Assembly: GCF_001194135.2 (NCBI RefSeq)
Contig: NC_068981.1
Location: 61,747,927-61,794,684 of the forward strand
Reading direction: 5' to 3'
Length of the DNA: 46,758 bases
DNA from: Octopus bimaculoides
Taxonomy: Eukaryota
Under the pieces are notes generated by a model, which saw only the letters and a list, made by a program, of their open reading frames with translations, was not told where the DNA came from and ran no database searches. The position numbers were made by a program, and so were the translations under genes. Shown here piece after piece: positions 24,251-37,699 of this stretch; within the stretch, counting starts at the first letter, position 1; every line of letters begins with the position of its first letter.

Positions 24251-25532
24251 ACAGCTCGTATATATGTATGTGTATATATGTGTGTATGTACATATATATA
24301 TATATATATATANNNNNNNNNNNNNNNNNNNNNNNNNNNNNNNNNNNNNNNNNNNNNNNNNNNNNNNNNNNNNNNNNNNNNNNNNNNNNNNNNNNNNNNN
24401 NNNNNNNNNNNNNNNNNNNNNNNNNNNNNNNNNNNNNNNNNNNNNNNNNNNNNNNNNNNNNNNNNNNNNNNNNNNNNNNNNNNNNNNNNNNNNNNNNNNN
24501 NNNNNNNNNNNNNNNNNNNNNNNNNNNNNNNNNNNNNNNNNNNNNNNNNNNNNNNNNNNNNNNNNNNNNNNNNNNNNNNNNNNNNNNNNNNNNNNNNNNN
24601 NNNNNNNNNNNNNNNNNNNNNNNNNNNNNNNNNNNNNNNNNNNNNNNNNNNNNNNNNNNNNNNNNNNNNNNNNNNNNNNNNNNNNNNNNNNNNNNNNNNN
24701 NNNNNNNNNNNNNNNNNNNNNNNNNNNNNNNNNNNNNNNNNNNNNNNNNNNNNNNNNNNNNNNNNNNNNNNNNNNNNNNNNNNNNNNNNNNNNNNNNNNN
24801 NNNNNNNNNNNNNNNNNNNNNNNNNNNNNNNTATATATATATATATACACAATCATTTGTAGGATCCAGTAGGATCGATGTAAGGACAACAAGGTAGAGT
24901 ACGGACACACGGAAAATCATGTAAAATAATAGTCTACATACTAGAGTATATACGGATGTGTCCTTCCAGTTATACGTAGATCCACAAGCAGTGAACAAAT
25001 TGCCCTCAATGTATATGTAAAATCACTGGAAAGTATGGACCTGCACGCATTCAACGGCACACAGTAAACACCAAACCCAACACACTGAAGGGTTCGAGTA
25101 TGGTGTAGTGTGAATAATAACATAAATGGGCTAAGGTTCATTACAGGTTTTTCAGACGTGTTTTCTAGTGATTAGACATTTATCTCATGTAAAATCCATT
25201 TTCTTCAGCTGCATTAAAATAAACATAAAATTTAACGTTTAGGAATTTTTCACACAAACACTATAGAATGCATACTGAATCTCTCATCTCGGTGACAGTT
25301 GAGTGAATAACTTGGAGAATGCTATTTTGATGTCAACTATAAATAAATCCGTCCACACTTCTAAAGAAAGGAGAAGAAAAAGAAACTCACATCCTGGTCC
25401 TAAGTAGGTAAAGGGTTCAAGGCAGTGGTGCAAGTTAGTAGGTAACTTTTACGTGCTTTTGTGATCGCGTGCTAATGTTTGTGTTTCGCCCGTTCTTACT
25501 TGTTTACATATATATATATTTAATATATATAT

Positions 25533-25547
25533 AATGAGTAAAGACGT

Positions 25548-25604
<57 letters not shown>

Positions 25605-25614
25605 NNNNNNNNNN

Positions 25615-25663
<49 letters not shown>

Positions 25664-25746
25664 ACACACATATAGACACACACACACATACATATATGTG
25701 TGTGTGTGTGTGTGCATGTGTGTGTATGTCTACGTCTTTACTCATT
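25533..25746. repeat. Foldback: perfect 16-bp inverted repeats around mirrored (CA)/(TA)/(TG) tracts
   Basis: aatgagtaaagacgta (25533-25548) is the reverse complement of tacgtctttactcatt (25731-25746). Confidence 0.85.
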
Positions 25747-25928
25747 GTTTTGTATCATTTCATTATTATCATTATTCTATCTTAACTTTATTTCTACTTT
25801 TTCTTCTAATCTATATTAATGTTTATTAGCTATCATCTAGTACTTCTTTGCTGTCTTCACAGCAAGTAAGCTAACTCCTTCAGCCACCCCGTCTACTTTA
25901 CCTAGAATCTGATGCCATAGCCTGAAAA

Positions 25929-25930
<2 letters not shown>

Positions 25931-25989
<59 letters not shown>

Positions 25990-25990
25990 G
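25931..25990. repeat. (GT)n microsatellite
   Basis: Direct reading. Confidence 0.97.
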
Positions 25991-26854
25991 CCATGCACTT
26001 TCCATGACTTTAAATGGAATGAATGCCATTTGTGCAATATTTGCACGTGATTGGCAAAAACAAAAATAAAACGTATTTCATAGCTGCATTAGAAAATGGT
26101 TCCGATTCAGCAATACGTACACAATCATCATTTACTGCATTTAAAAATGTAGACTTATGTTATTTGTGTGATAGTTTACAGAATATAACTACTAGCTTCA
26201 TGCTCTAAACGCAAGGAGATATAACGGATGCTACTTGTCTTCCTGGGGTATATGTATACATATAGGAACTACAAAGAAAACCAGTGGTTAGGAGAAATTA
26301 AAATATGGAGAAAAACCCGCAGAAATATGTAACTTAAGTAGATAATAATGTAGTACAATCCAATCATACCGGGTATTTTTTCAGGCCACTCGATAAAGTC
26401 CTTCGCACTAAAAAATCGATACCTTAATATCTGCTAAATTATGGTGCACGACACTAGCGCAAAATACAACTCTTACAAATAATAGGAAATTGCCAACGAT
26501 AATAGGAAGAATATTATTAGACACTCTAAAACGTCTACAAGAAAACAATAAGCTAATTTCTAATCAGTTCAATGATAGCTTTTCGTAGAATCTTGCAATG
26601 GATGAAGCGAAATCCACATGCGGAACTCTTCTTGGATCGGTGGCCGGTATTGATGCCCCATTAAAATAATTTTCACTATTCTATAAAATTGTACACTCTC
26701 TACCACTCTACCGAATGTATGCTAGCTAACTACTGATGTAGACGTAATTTAATTTACTATACAGAGATATATCATTGCATAGGGACCACATAATCACAAT
26801 TTAGAAGAGCTGACATTTATGATCGTGCATTTAAAATTCCATATTTCAATTAAG

Positions 26855-27004
26855 ATTCCATGGTTGCAACATGCAAATGAAGGATATCCCTTACACCGTT
26901 CCTTGGTCTGCAATCAGGACTGCTTTCCTCTACATTGGGGACCGGTTGAGTGCAATCTGTGCTCCGCTGAGACCCATAAAATCGGAAACACTAGATATAA
27001 TCTG
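26855..27004 (+). CDS. Candidate internal exon A of an unidentified host gene
   Basis: taag|...TG|gtaaaa; 150 nt, phase 2-2, GC-rich relative to flanks, no repeat motif recognised. Reads FHGCNMQMKDIPYTVPWSAIRTAFLYIGDRLSAICAPLRPIKSETLDII. Confidence 0.45.
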
Positions 27005-27356
27005 GTAAAAAAAGTTAACGAAATAATTTGAATTTGATGCCCGCACAAATTAAAATTAATAGTGTCTTTTTAATGGACATTTTATGGATTCTGGCTGTGC
27101 AGCAAAATCATCCCGAGTAATTGCATATTTGCTAGCATATGAGAATACTACTCATTCTTTTAACTTATTATTCAACTTAATATACCATTTGGGGATGCTT
27201 TCAGAGCATGCTTCAAATAATCTATTGACAAACGTGGGGAATAACTATATCTACTTTTGTGAAATTTCTCACTTGCACTTAATGGAGATATATGATTTTA
27301 TTCTCTGCATATCCATTACTGTAAGAGATGTGACAATTCGTATCAAGCATCATTAC

Positions 27357-27401
27357 TTTCTATATGTCTCTTTCTATATGTCTCTTTCTATATGTCTCTT
27401 T
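27357..27401. repeat. 14-bp tandem repeat, 3 copies (tttctatatgtctc)
   Basis: Direct reading. Confidence 0.95.
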
Positions 27402-27689
27402 CAACGTGTATTTTCCATGCCCACGGAACTGGGTACCCCAAAGTCTTTTCATCAGAGAACCAGACTGGAATATTTATAATTTTGTCTACTTTGAATGATT
27501 TCATAAATCAAACATCCTTCTATAAGGACTTGTGTGATATTTGTAGTAATCATATTTTTATATAGAACTGAATATTTAGAGAAAAACAAAATTAAATACA
27601 ATTTCCTAAAGTCACAAAATTAAGTTAAAATTCTCAATGCGTATAACCCCAGGAGCTACAACTTAATGCATGATTAGAATGTGATGAGG

Positions 27690-28650
27690 CGGTGTTAAGA
27701 TTCTTCCTCCTGCGACTTTTGTCCTGGAGAGTGGCTTTGCTCATTTTAACGAAGAAAGACTATCACCGTCGATGGTGAGTTGCCAGGCGTTTGTATCTTC
27801 GACTAGGTTGAAGCCCCGGCGAGGGCCCATGTCACACGCACACAGGGGATTTTTACAAACTATCCTTGTATGACTTCTTTGTTGCTTCTCGCTGCCAAGG
27901 ACGGTGGGGGTTTCATAATTCAGAGTTTTCATCAAATTAGTTTTTGTTCTTCTTTGAAGTGAATCCAAAGATTTCATCAGATGCTTGCAGAATGGTAATT
28001 TTCAATTGTTCCTAAAGTGTTACAGGTGAAGTATTTTTGTGGAGACTTGAATCTTCAAGCTTCGACGGAAAGATAGTTTAGAAGTTGTCTTTCACTTTAG
28101 CTGAGTGGGAAATGCCAACCTTTAACTTACTTGTTTTTGGTTGTTATTTAAAACGGAACTTCAGTTTTCAGTAAACAAGGCGATGGCCGTTGTAACATCA
28201 TGCACTAGACATCACTCTGATATGCAAGACGTTTATCGTCTCAAGCTGGTGCACCAGAATTTTCTCGATGAAGTGTCAATGTTTGGACCGATCGTGGCAT
28301 ATTGCTGATAACTCAGTACAGCCGCACTATGATGCTGTGAGTACGACCTGTTGGCAGGTTTTCAACGATGGAAGTGGTAGAGTCTCTGATCCTGATTCCC
28401 ATGCCCAATATGTGTCTCTCTGCCACTAGTTCGCCTAACTATTAGAGACGGTTTATAACTCCATGCGCTTTTAGTCTGCCTTCCACTAGATTGCAGACTA
28501 CACTGAGAGATGTGATGTCAGCATTCAATCATGACAGTTCGTGCGCAATGGGAACGGCTGTAAAACATGTTTCTGATGTCCTAGCATGCGATTTTCAGTC
28601 CTTTCAAATCCTCGCAGCTGAGTATTTTTTCCTCGATTTTGTTCGACCTC
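27690..28650 (-). mobile_element. Decayed RTE-clade LINE, APE endonuclease and linker
   Basis: Minus strand reads LKIAC*DIR, AHELS*LNADITSLSVV, EGRLKAHG, LGMGIRI, ENLPTG, then ASDEIFGFTSKKNKN*FDEN. Confidence 0.8.
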
Positions 28651-28652
28651 AT

Positions 28653-29090
28653 AAAACGGCTGATGACTCTAGGTCTCCAAGTGTGAGTATAAGAGGTGAT
28701 TTTTATTTATCCCACCTTTTCTAGGACCCTTTCCATGCCGAGCATGTAGTGCTGTCCTTATAGAAGGCTGCTCGGTCATTCAGAGGGTTCAGAACGATGT
28801 TGTTCTTGGGGCAGCAATATTCCGAACGTCCTGCATGTAGGACTGGGACTGTGGCTATTAATCTCAGTTTTCGCCAGCTGTTGATGGCGTCCTTCGAGTC
28901 TGCGCAATGTAGATCTTATGTTAACTGACTCCATCCTTTACACCCAATATTCATAAGCCGTGATTCAGTAAGCTACGTCATTGATACCGAAGTCCTCCTG
29001 TCGTAGGCTTTACATCAGATATCCCTCACCTAGCCTGTGACGAAAAATATCCTTCGGAGGCTCTTCGACGTGTAGCAGGGATTCGAGAGG
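28653..29090 (-). mobile_element. Probable 3' end of an RLE non-LTR element, copy a
   Basis: Frameshifted KLRLIATVPV...AA..GTA..L..KVLE-like terminus plus 3'UTR. Homologous to 30332-30589; family assignment is tentative. Confidence 0.55.
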
Positions 29091-29179
29091 ATAACTAGAT
29101 TCTACAATACATGTCCTTGAACTCAGAGTCTTGGCACATCAATTTTGTCCAGTGTGTCTTGCCACTAATACTATTTAAC

Positions 29180-29350
29180 CAATAGATGAGATCATGAAAG
29201 GTACTCTCATCTCGGGTCCGAGCGGCTTTGGGAGTAATAACAACTGAGAGATAACTCCATACTATCCAGAAACGTAGAACCACAGAACACACGAATAGAA
29301 GCCCCGCCTCCATCCGCAGCAGATTCACTTTAGTGCCATACCCAGGGGAA
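29180..29350 (-). mobile_element. Octopus interspersed repeat, family unassigned
   Basis: gggtatggcactaaa...attactcccaaagccgctcggacccgag...agtacct...catctat resembles a recalled abundant octopus repeat. Confidence 0.45.
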
Positions 29351-30331
29351 ATCACTTTTATAAGCGCTGCATAAAAAATCACTGTGTTAATTCAGTTAAA
29401 TATACCTAAATATAGTCTCCTCTACACTTGGCATGTGGTAAAGTTGTGTGTTACTTCTAGTTTAATAACATTTTAATAATATATTTACAATCAAGTTTCG
29501 ATACAGCAGCTTTATTTCTACATTATAATTCATATAGAACTTATATCTTCTGTAAATACCTTCCACATAAATAGTGGAACGATGATACCAACGAGGTTGT
29601 TTCCTAAGAGATTTCCTAATGTACAATCAACATTTAATTTTTGCATTTTAATGTGAATTGATTATAGTGCATATAAAATGCTCACAAAATAATTTCATCG
29701 TTTTCTGAATACAAGAATTGCTATAGTATATATTCCAATACGAGTCACATTGTTATAAAAATACTTTTTTTTCAACGATGAACATCAAAAATTATAACCG
29801 ATATTTTGATTCTTAAATGGATACAGTAATGTTTTTCTTAAAACAAAATTAACATAATTGTACATAAAACAAATTTCATCATATTATTACACCCGAGTTA
29901 ATATTTTTATCTGAAAATATTCAAATCATGAAAGGAGAGAAATTAGAAATATTTAAAGAGATTATAAAATGAAGATGCAGAAAAGGGCATAATAAACAAG
30001 TTGTTCGGAGATCGGTAACAGATATGACAACTGAGATAAGGGGTAAATAGCAGCAGATAGAAATATGTTTCTGAGTAGAAGGGAATTACAATTTTAATCG
30101 ATTTATTATCATGACTTCACTGTATAAAGATAATGAATTTTGTAAAGATAATCATATATTAGACTAAAATAAAACGATTACCATCGTTTTCTGCATCAGT
30201 TCATCTTTTCTTAGATACTTTTGTGTGGTATAATACACCAATAGAGAATTTCGCAGCTCAGTGCTAGTGACAGAATTTGCTGGTTTCAAAGAGATGTCTA
30301 ATGTTTCACTTACCAAACATACTCACTGTAG

Positions 30332-30589
30332 ACATTGCGCAGGCTCGAAGGACGCTATCAATCGCAGGGGGAAGATGAGACTGATAGTCACAGTCCCAGT
30401 CCTACATGCAGGACGTTCGGAATATTGCAGCTCCAAGAACAACGTCGTTCTGAACAGTTTGAATGACCGAGCAACCTTCTATAGGGACAGCACTACTTGC
30501 TCGTTGTCGAAAGGGTTCTAGAAATAATGGACTAAATAAAAATCACCTCCAATGTTCCCACTTGGCAAACTATAGTCAGCGGGCGTTTT
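30332..30589 (+). mobile_element. Probable 3' end of an RLE non-LTR element, copy b, inverted relative to copy a
   Basis: Reverse complement of 28653-28910; about 26 differences in the 192-nt core by hand count. Confidence 0.6.
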
Positions 30590-33143
30590 CTTATATTAGA
30601 TCGAGGATAAAACATACTGATAATCCCTATGTTTAAAATTTCTTCATTATACAATAATAAGAAGATAAGCATTGATCCAATTAACTGCAAGTACAGGATA
30701 ACATCTTGATAATATCACATGCATGTATCATTTCAAATATTTGCAAATGGCATAGTCAGTGTATTATCGTAAGCTTAAGAGCAAAGTAGAAAACGTTCTC
30801 CTCAATATTATTGCTTGTGTGGAGATGTTGCTTAAGTGTAAGAATAAAGTTTAGTCACCATTTAGTGAATATTTCCTGTTGATTTTCATTATTTTCTCTA
30901 ACATGTAAATACACACGGTACGTTGAAAAACAAAGATGTGGTGCCTTCAAGCAAAGTGGGCCACCGATCCTGACCATCACTGTGTTTTCATAACTTGATT
31001 TATTGCCAAGCTCAACATTCTTTTCTGCCTAGAGGTACTTAGCCCACTATATTTGGACAAATGCTGCTGAGAATCGTATCGACAATTAGTCTCACTTCAG
31101 TAATCCTGAAATCTCACGCCCTGAACTACATGCTTCCAATATATCAATGTTTATTAGAACTGTCATTGAAAACCAATTATTCCAACAATTCGAAATGCCA
31201 CAAACCGCATAAATGATAGTACGAATTTCATGGAGATTCATCCACCAGAAAGCAGTTTCCAGTATCACGCAGCAGTGCAAAGGCCTTTGAGGTCATTTCT
31301 AAAGTAATGTCAATGCATTTCATATCAGTATTTGGCTGCAACTAGTACGTACATCTTCAAGCTCTGTTGCACGTATTAGGCATTTGGCGTGTCCTAAGTT
31401 TTAGATATAAAACCTGAACAGCTCATAATTTCACAGACATTTATAAATCCCATTCTGTTGCAAAATGCTATTACATCTGCTGCGGGCAAAGAGCGTTTTT
31501 CAACTAACCATCGCTATATGTAACCGAGATGCCTTATGTTAGAATTATGAACACACAATCGAATGAAGTTGAAATAAATCTTCATATTTCAGTATATTTC
31601 TTTATCATCTCTCAATCTCACAAAACTTAGTTCCTAAATATCAAACTTGCATTGCCCGTCTTTATAGACAAAAACCTCAATAACATGCATAAATTATGCC
31701 ACTTTCGATTACTTCACTTACTCATTCTTTCTGTATGTCAATGGAAAGCTCTCCGACATCATCCTCACTAGTTTTGAACAGTTCAAAGTAAAACCACTTA
31801 ATCTCCACAATGATTGCAGGCGAAGCCTGATGTGTTTTGCATGTGGGTCACAAAAAACGCAAATACAAACATTGACAAAATGGAAGAAACGAGTAAATCT
31901 GCTGCCTACACAGAAACGTCTAAAGAAACGTATGACATCTAACTAAATAACTAGTCAACCAGAAACACACGACTATCAAACCGCATAGTTATTCTTTGCT
32001 TGGTCTACATCTTCCACCATAGCACATTTGCTCCGTTTATTTACCCGATCTTTGAAGCTGTTTTCATAGCTCTTCTGTACACGACATTTATTTTCTTTAA
32101 TTTAAAATACCAACTAACGCGGCACTTCAATTTTTTTCTGTAAAAAGTTTATATAATCAAACTCTCAAAACCAGCTCTTTATGTGTAAATGATTTTATTG
32201 CTGTTAATGCCTATATTTAACGCCGATTAATAGCTATAATAAATAAAGTTATTTTTGCCAAAAGCGATCCAGTTTTTTACAGCATCACACATTAGTTTTG
32301 GGGAATAGAGTAACAACAAAGATATTTATCTTAATATGAAAACATAGGTGGATCAGACACATATATATGACAAAGTTTCTTCCGAAAAAAAAAAGAGCAG
32401 TATATTACTTGCAGTTTGCCATGCACTCTGTGTATCCTCGTTAAAATTTGGTTAATCGTTTTCACATGGATTCATGCTGCATAACATGCTGGATACAAAG
32501 GGGAAGATTGTGGTAAAAAAAAACATCGATTTAACTTTCCTAAGGTTGAAAGGAGATTCAATATCTTCACACTTGCCGAAAGTGTCAAATTATGAAGAAA
32601 TTAAAAACGTGTGAAAATACTTTATCAAATTCAAAGAAAACCATCTGAAAAAATATCAATAATTGCTATCCTCTACTACCTTTGATATGGTAGGCAAAAG
32701 TTGTCTGTCAATAAATTGGATAAAAAAGTCTGATATTGACGAGATATGTAACTGACTACCAAACAAAAGCTGAGAGAACTGAAACTGGATGTGTGTGGAT
32801 ATAAATAATTCTTTGTTTTTCTTACTATATTTTATTCTTATTTTTGAATTGCATACATTCTACATGAGTATAATTTTAAGAAATTCCTATGACTGAACAT
32901 TTTTAGATAATGAAATAAAAAAGATGACATTCAAAAAAGTAATAACATTCTAAAAATAAAAAACTGAAATATTGTAGCTTATTACAAAACAATTTTTAAA
33001 TCTAAAATATTAACTTAAATTTCTTAAAAATGGCAATAGAAGGCAAACATTTATTTAAAAAATAAAGTGCACATACTATACTGTTTGATGAACAATTTCA
33101 CAAAATTTATTCATTTTTGTCTTCTTGTCCTATACATTTCAAG

Positions 33144-33237
33144 GCTTATACCTGATTGTCTTGTACTATTCCCACGTCCAATACTTAAGACTATTCTAAA
33201 GGAAGTGAATGCAAATGAGATGATACAGTTGAGCATG
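33144..33237 (+). CDS. Candidate internal exon B
   Basis: Pyrimidine-rich acceptor ...tttcaag|G and donor ATG|gtaaac (alternative tct|gtatgt at 33246); phase 2 to 0, joins exon A as TG+G=W. Reads LIPDCLVLFPRPILKTILKEVNANEMIQLSM. Confidence 0.4.
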
Positions 33238-34587
33238 GTAAACTCTGTATGTCGTAGTCCAAACTCCATTAACCTCAGATTAATAAGGGACATACCACAA
33301 TTTTATATTGATTCTTTCATAATTGTTTGTAGAAATGGTTATATTTATGCATTTGCTATTTGTTTTATCCTTTTTATCATAGTTAAAAGCTGCAAGTGGA
33401 AATTCGCACAACTTGAAAGTATTAATTATATGAAAATATTTCTCTAGTTCAAGAGTATATTTGTAAGTAGTGTATAATTAACATATCGTGTTATGTACAT
33501 TTACTGGAAAACCACTGCAAAGAGAATACACTATAATAGGTTACATTTATTCAGAAACTGATTACAGAACATTTTAGATTGAAGTCATTTATATTATGGA
33601 GAATGGCAAACAATGAAACATGAAAAGTAAAAAGTGGGGTGAAACAAATCCAAATCTTTGGCGATTATAAGACGATTCTTAACGGTAAACAGAGTTTTTG
33701 TATTTGTTATCTAATGTACTTTATATAACAACATGAAGCAGATAAAATCAAACAAATCGTTTACAAATAATGCGATTCCATGACGACAATTGTACACATT
33801 CAAGATCACACTTCATTTAAATGTTTCAGATGATAATCCAAGAAGTTTAAATAAGGGAAATACACACAAACATATGAACACACCACACAGAAAAATAACA
33901 CACACACACGCATGCACACGTACACATACGGACACTTCGCCACAACAAATATAGGACACATACATGCATACACACCCGGAAACTACATAAACAACACCCA
34001 CATACACACACACAAACGCTTACGCAGTACAAAAACGCACGCACACACGCACCCACATACACACCACCCTGATAAACGTAACGCACGAAGACATCTTGAC
34101 TCACACCATCTTGAACACTAAGACCAGTTCAAAAATCACTGAACCATGGCACTAGCCTAGAAACAAAATATCCTATTGATTCCTTACACTATGTGAATGC
34201 TTTCCCCCAACTATCAACCTCCCACCCTATTTCGCAAAATAGCAAACAGCATTGCCAATCACACATACAAGACTGGAGATGATTAAGAAAATGTTGGTTA
34301 TTCCCCTAAAATTCTGTGTAACTACTTAAATATGATTTCTGATGAAGTTTTGACTAATCAATACATGATTTCTCCTATCAAATACTGTGTACAAATTCTT
34401 TCTGTATATATGCTTCTATACAACCATGATTTTTGATGAAGTTATAGATTATTCTGAATTTATTTTACTACCTACTTTGAACACTTTCATGTAAAGTGTA
34501 TAAACAAAAAGCCCTCTTACCATTTTCTTATCATTGTCAAAGCTTCTACTTCTTAACATTTCTTATCATTGTCAAGAGATTTTTAAG

Positions 34588-34782
34588 TGGCAGTTTTATG
34601 GGGTTTTAAGCAAGCGGCTTGCAAGAGATGCAGTCCTTAAACTCACTGGATTCCAAAATCTCATGCTCATACGAGGCAGCAACGTCGAAAATACCTTTAC
34701 ACGGCAGGTTCTACATCCTCATACTACCACACTTTACTTGTTTCTTGAGCACATTACGTGGGTGGCAAGGGACTGTGTTAAT
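34588..34782 (+). CDS. Candidate internal exon C (alternative acceptor at 34543)
   Basis: Only long open frame of the six in this GC-richer patch; donor AAT|gtaaga; phase 0-0. Reads WQFYGVLSKRLARDAVLKLTGFQNLMLIRGSNVENTFTRQVLHPHTTTLYLFLEHITWVARDCVN. Confidence 0.4.
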
Positions 34783-36059
34783 GTAAGATTGCGTTTCGTT
34801 TATTTTGCGCTACGATCTGTATGAATATGTACACAGATCTACCCTCATGTCTAAAAAGTTAACATTGGTGAGTTAGATTCACCTTTACGATTTCGTGGAG
34901 AAACGAAAGAAAGTGACACTCAGCGTATTCGGTAGGAATTACATGAAATATTTAAAAACAGTTTCACTCTGCTCCAAACATCAAAGACTCAGTGCTCTCT
35001 TGTGGAGGAATGACATAATAGCAGTGAAGACTTTCCGTTAAAGAACCAGATTTTGTGTTGAAAGTACTTTATGCAGTAGTGTAACATCTACAATGTAACT
35101 TATATGTGTCTCATACCTCATTAATTGATGGTAAAATGCCTGAGGAGATAGACCCGCTCTAAAATCCCACCAAAGTTTCTTGGAGACAGTATAATGCATA
35201 AGTGCGTCCCATTGTTCCCTTGTAGATGAGCGTGAATGGACATGAGGTATATGTATTTGGATTACAACAACGTGCGATTTTTTGAAACAATATTTATTGT
35301 TAGAACAATGGAGGACTCAATGCAAGTAAGAAATTTAGTCTTAGGCTAGCATATATTTCGATGTAGATATTTAATTTCTCAGTTATATTGTTACACTTTC
35401 AGTTAAATTATTATTGTTATAGGTTGTTTCGACCCAAAGTCTCGTATCAAGATTGGTATTCTAGATAGCCAAATTTACCCATAGCTACATATTCAAAAAT
35501 TTGGTTTTCTCTGAGAATTGCGCCGGTTTAATAGTTGACAATAAGTATAAAAGTTATAAGGTATTAACTGTAAAATTGTAATGTAGCATACGGTTTCAAC
35601 ACTACGTTCAAACATATACAAACAGATATATTTGTATGTGCATATGTGTATATATATATGTATATATATATATATCTATATATGCATGTATAAGTGTGTC
35701 TGTGTGTCTGTGAGTCTGTGTATATATAAATAAATATATATGCGTGTATAGGTATGTATATGTGTATACCTGAATACATAAATATACATGTGCATTCATT
35801 TATGCATAAATAATTACGCATACAAAAGGAGGTGCACACTCCTACCGAAACACGCACATATTTACACGTACACACAGACACGCACAAACATATTTACTTT
35901 TACTTATTTAATATTGCGCATGCCTTTTGGTAAACCATGAGATCTTGTGTCTAAGAAAATTTGAGTAAAAGCCAAGTGTAGCATTAAATGTAGATTTTTA
36001 TTTCTGTCTACAGGCATATGTGTGTGTGCGTCTGTGTGGGTGCGTCTGTGTGTGTGTAT

Positions 36060-36120
<61 letters not shown>

Positions 36121-36403
36121 AATATACAAATGTGTGATTGAGTTTATGCTCATGTATACATGTATATATGGACTAGCATACACATGTTTGTAATGATGGA
36201 TATATATNNNNNNNNNNNNNNNNNNNNNNNNNNNNNNNNNNNNNNNNNNNNNNNNNNNNNNNNNNNNNNNNNNNNNNNNNNNNNNNNNNNNNNNNNNNNN
36301 NNNNNNNNNNNNNNNNNNNNNNNNNNNNNNNNNNNNNNNNNNNNNNNNNNNNNNNNNNNNNNNNNNNNNNNNNNNNNNNNNNNNNNNNNNNNNNNNNNNN
36401 NNN

Positions 36404-36537
<134 letters not shown>

Positions 36538-37089
36538 AAAGATGTGTGTGCGTGTGTGTGGTGGGGTTGCTGGTTGTCATCGTGCCTACATCATATCTCA
36601 TGAAAATACGAACACAAGGAGAGCACATAAATAGAAGAACAATTTCTGTAACTTCATTATTTTCCCACAATGGTTCGCGGTTTTCTTCGTAATCAGCTTT
36701 TATTTTTATATAGTATAGACAATGCAAATCAAAATACCTCCAAGCATTACGAAGTAACAAATATTGGAAATGCATTCCCTATATTTCAACTCACAGACAT
36801 ATGCAAACACACGCATATAGACATATATTTACGCATACACACACGCACACATATGTATCCATGTATGTATGATTAAATGGATGGATCTATGTATGTATGT
36901 ATGTATGTGTATGAGTATATGGAAGTCTATACCTACACGGCCGCACATATATATATATGTAAAATAATAAATATGTACATATTTGATCAGAAAAAGATTT
37001 CAATTTTCCAAAATATATTTATATTATAATTTATAGATTTTTAGTATTTTCATTCCGTTTATTTTCTGTTATTTTTACTCATAGCATGG

Positions 37090-37150
37090 CAATGTTAAGA
37101 ACATTAAGAACAATGTTAAGAACATTAAGAACAATGTTAAGAACATTAAG
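37090..37150. repeat. 21-bp tandem repeat, about 3 copies (caatgttaagaacattaagaa)
   Basis: Units at 37090, 37111 and 37132; each contains the mini-palindrome aatgtt-aag-aacatt. Confidence 0.95.
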
Positions 37151-37359
37151 GAAATTTGCTGTTCCCGAAGGATCAGGTTTCACGGTACTAAAGTTATTAC
37201 ACCACAACTCTATAAGTTTTGTATCACAAAATTCTATGTATAAAATTTATGTTTCAAATCATGAAGGAAATCATATACAAGTTGCAGTGAAAATATTCTC
37301 GTCTATATTAAACAAAATTGAATATAATACTAATATCTCATTTTAACATATATATTTAC

Positions 37360-37595
37360 CAAAATTACATAAAAATATCTTCAAATAATACAGAGTAAAT
37401 TTATTCAAAACAATTGCCATTGGCTTCACCACTTCATCCAGACGACTTCGGAATCTCCTGCAACTATTCTGGACGGTCTCCCTGTTTAAGTTGGTGAATG
37501 CTGCTCTAATACTTGTCTTCAGTTCATCTTTGGTGTTACAAGAAGTTTTGTTGCTCTCACGATCAACTGCGTCCTACACATAATAACCACATGAG
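37360..37595 (-). mobile_element. maT-like transposase 3' fragment
   Basis: Minus strand reads GYYV*DAVDRESNKTSCNTKDELKTSIRAAFTNLNRETVQNSCRRFRSRL, homologous to 7945-8170. Confidence 0.85.
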
Positions 37596-37699
37596 TGCTT
37601 CATTTTGACGAATGATAGCCGTCCCATCAATACAGCACAATCAATCCGCTAATGAGCCCTCAGACGTTGTTTAAGTCCAGCTGCTGTCTGACAGGGTTT

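Noticed and set aside
24970-25063. Possible exon upstream of exon A (phase-2 donor aca|gtaaac)
   Set aside because: Other upstream donors (7350, 23346) fit the same phase, so the sequence alone cannot choose among them.
30930-32100. Moderately GC-rich unexplained tract
   Set aside because: No sustained ORF, recognisable motif, repeat or convincing splice pair found by eye; left unannotated.
37090-37150. Short regular repeats (also 8966 and 27357) as a CRISPR-like array
   Set aside because: Head-to-tail units with no spacers, no cas genes, and eukaryotic context.
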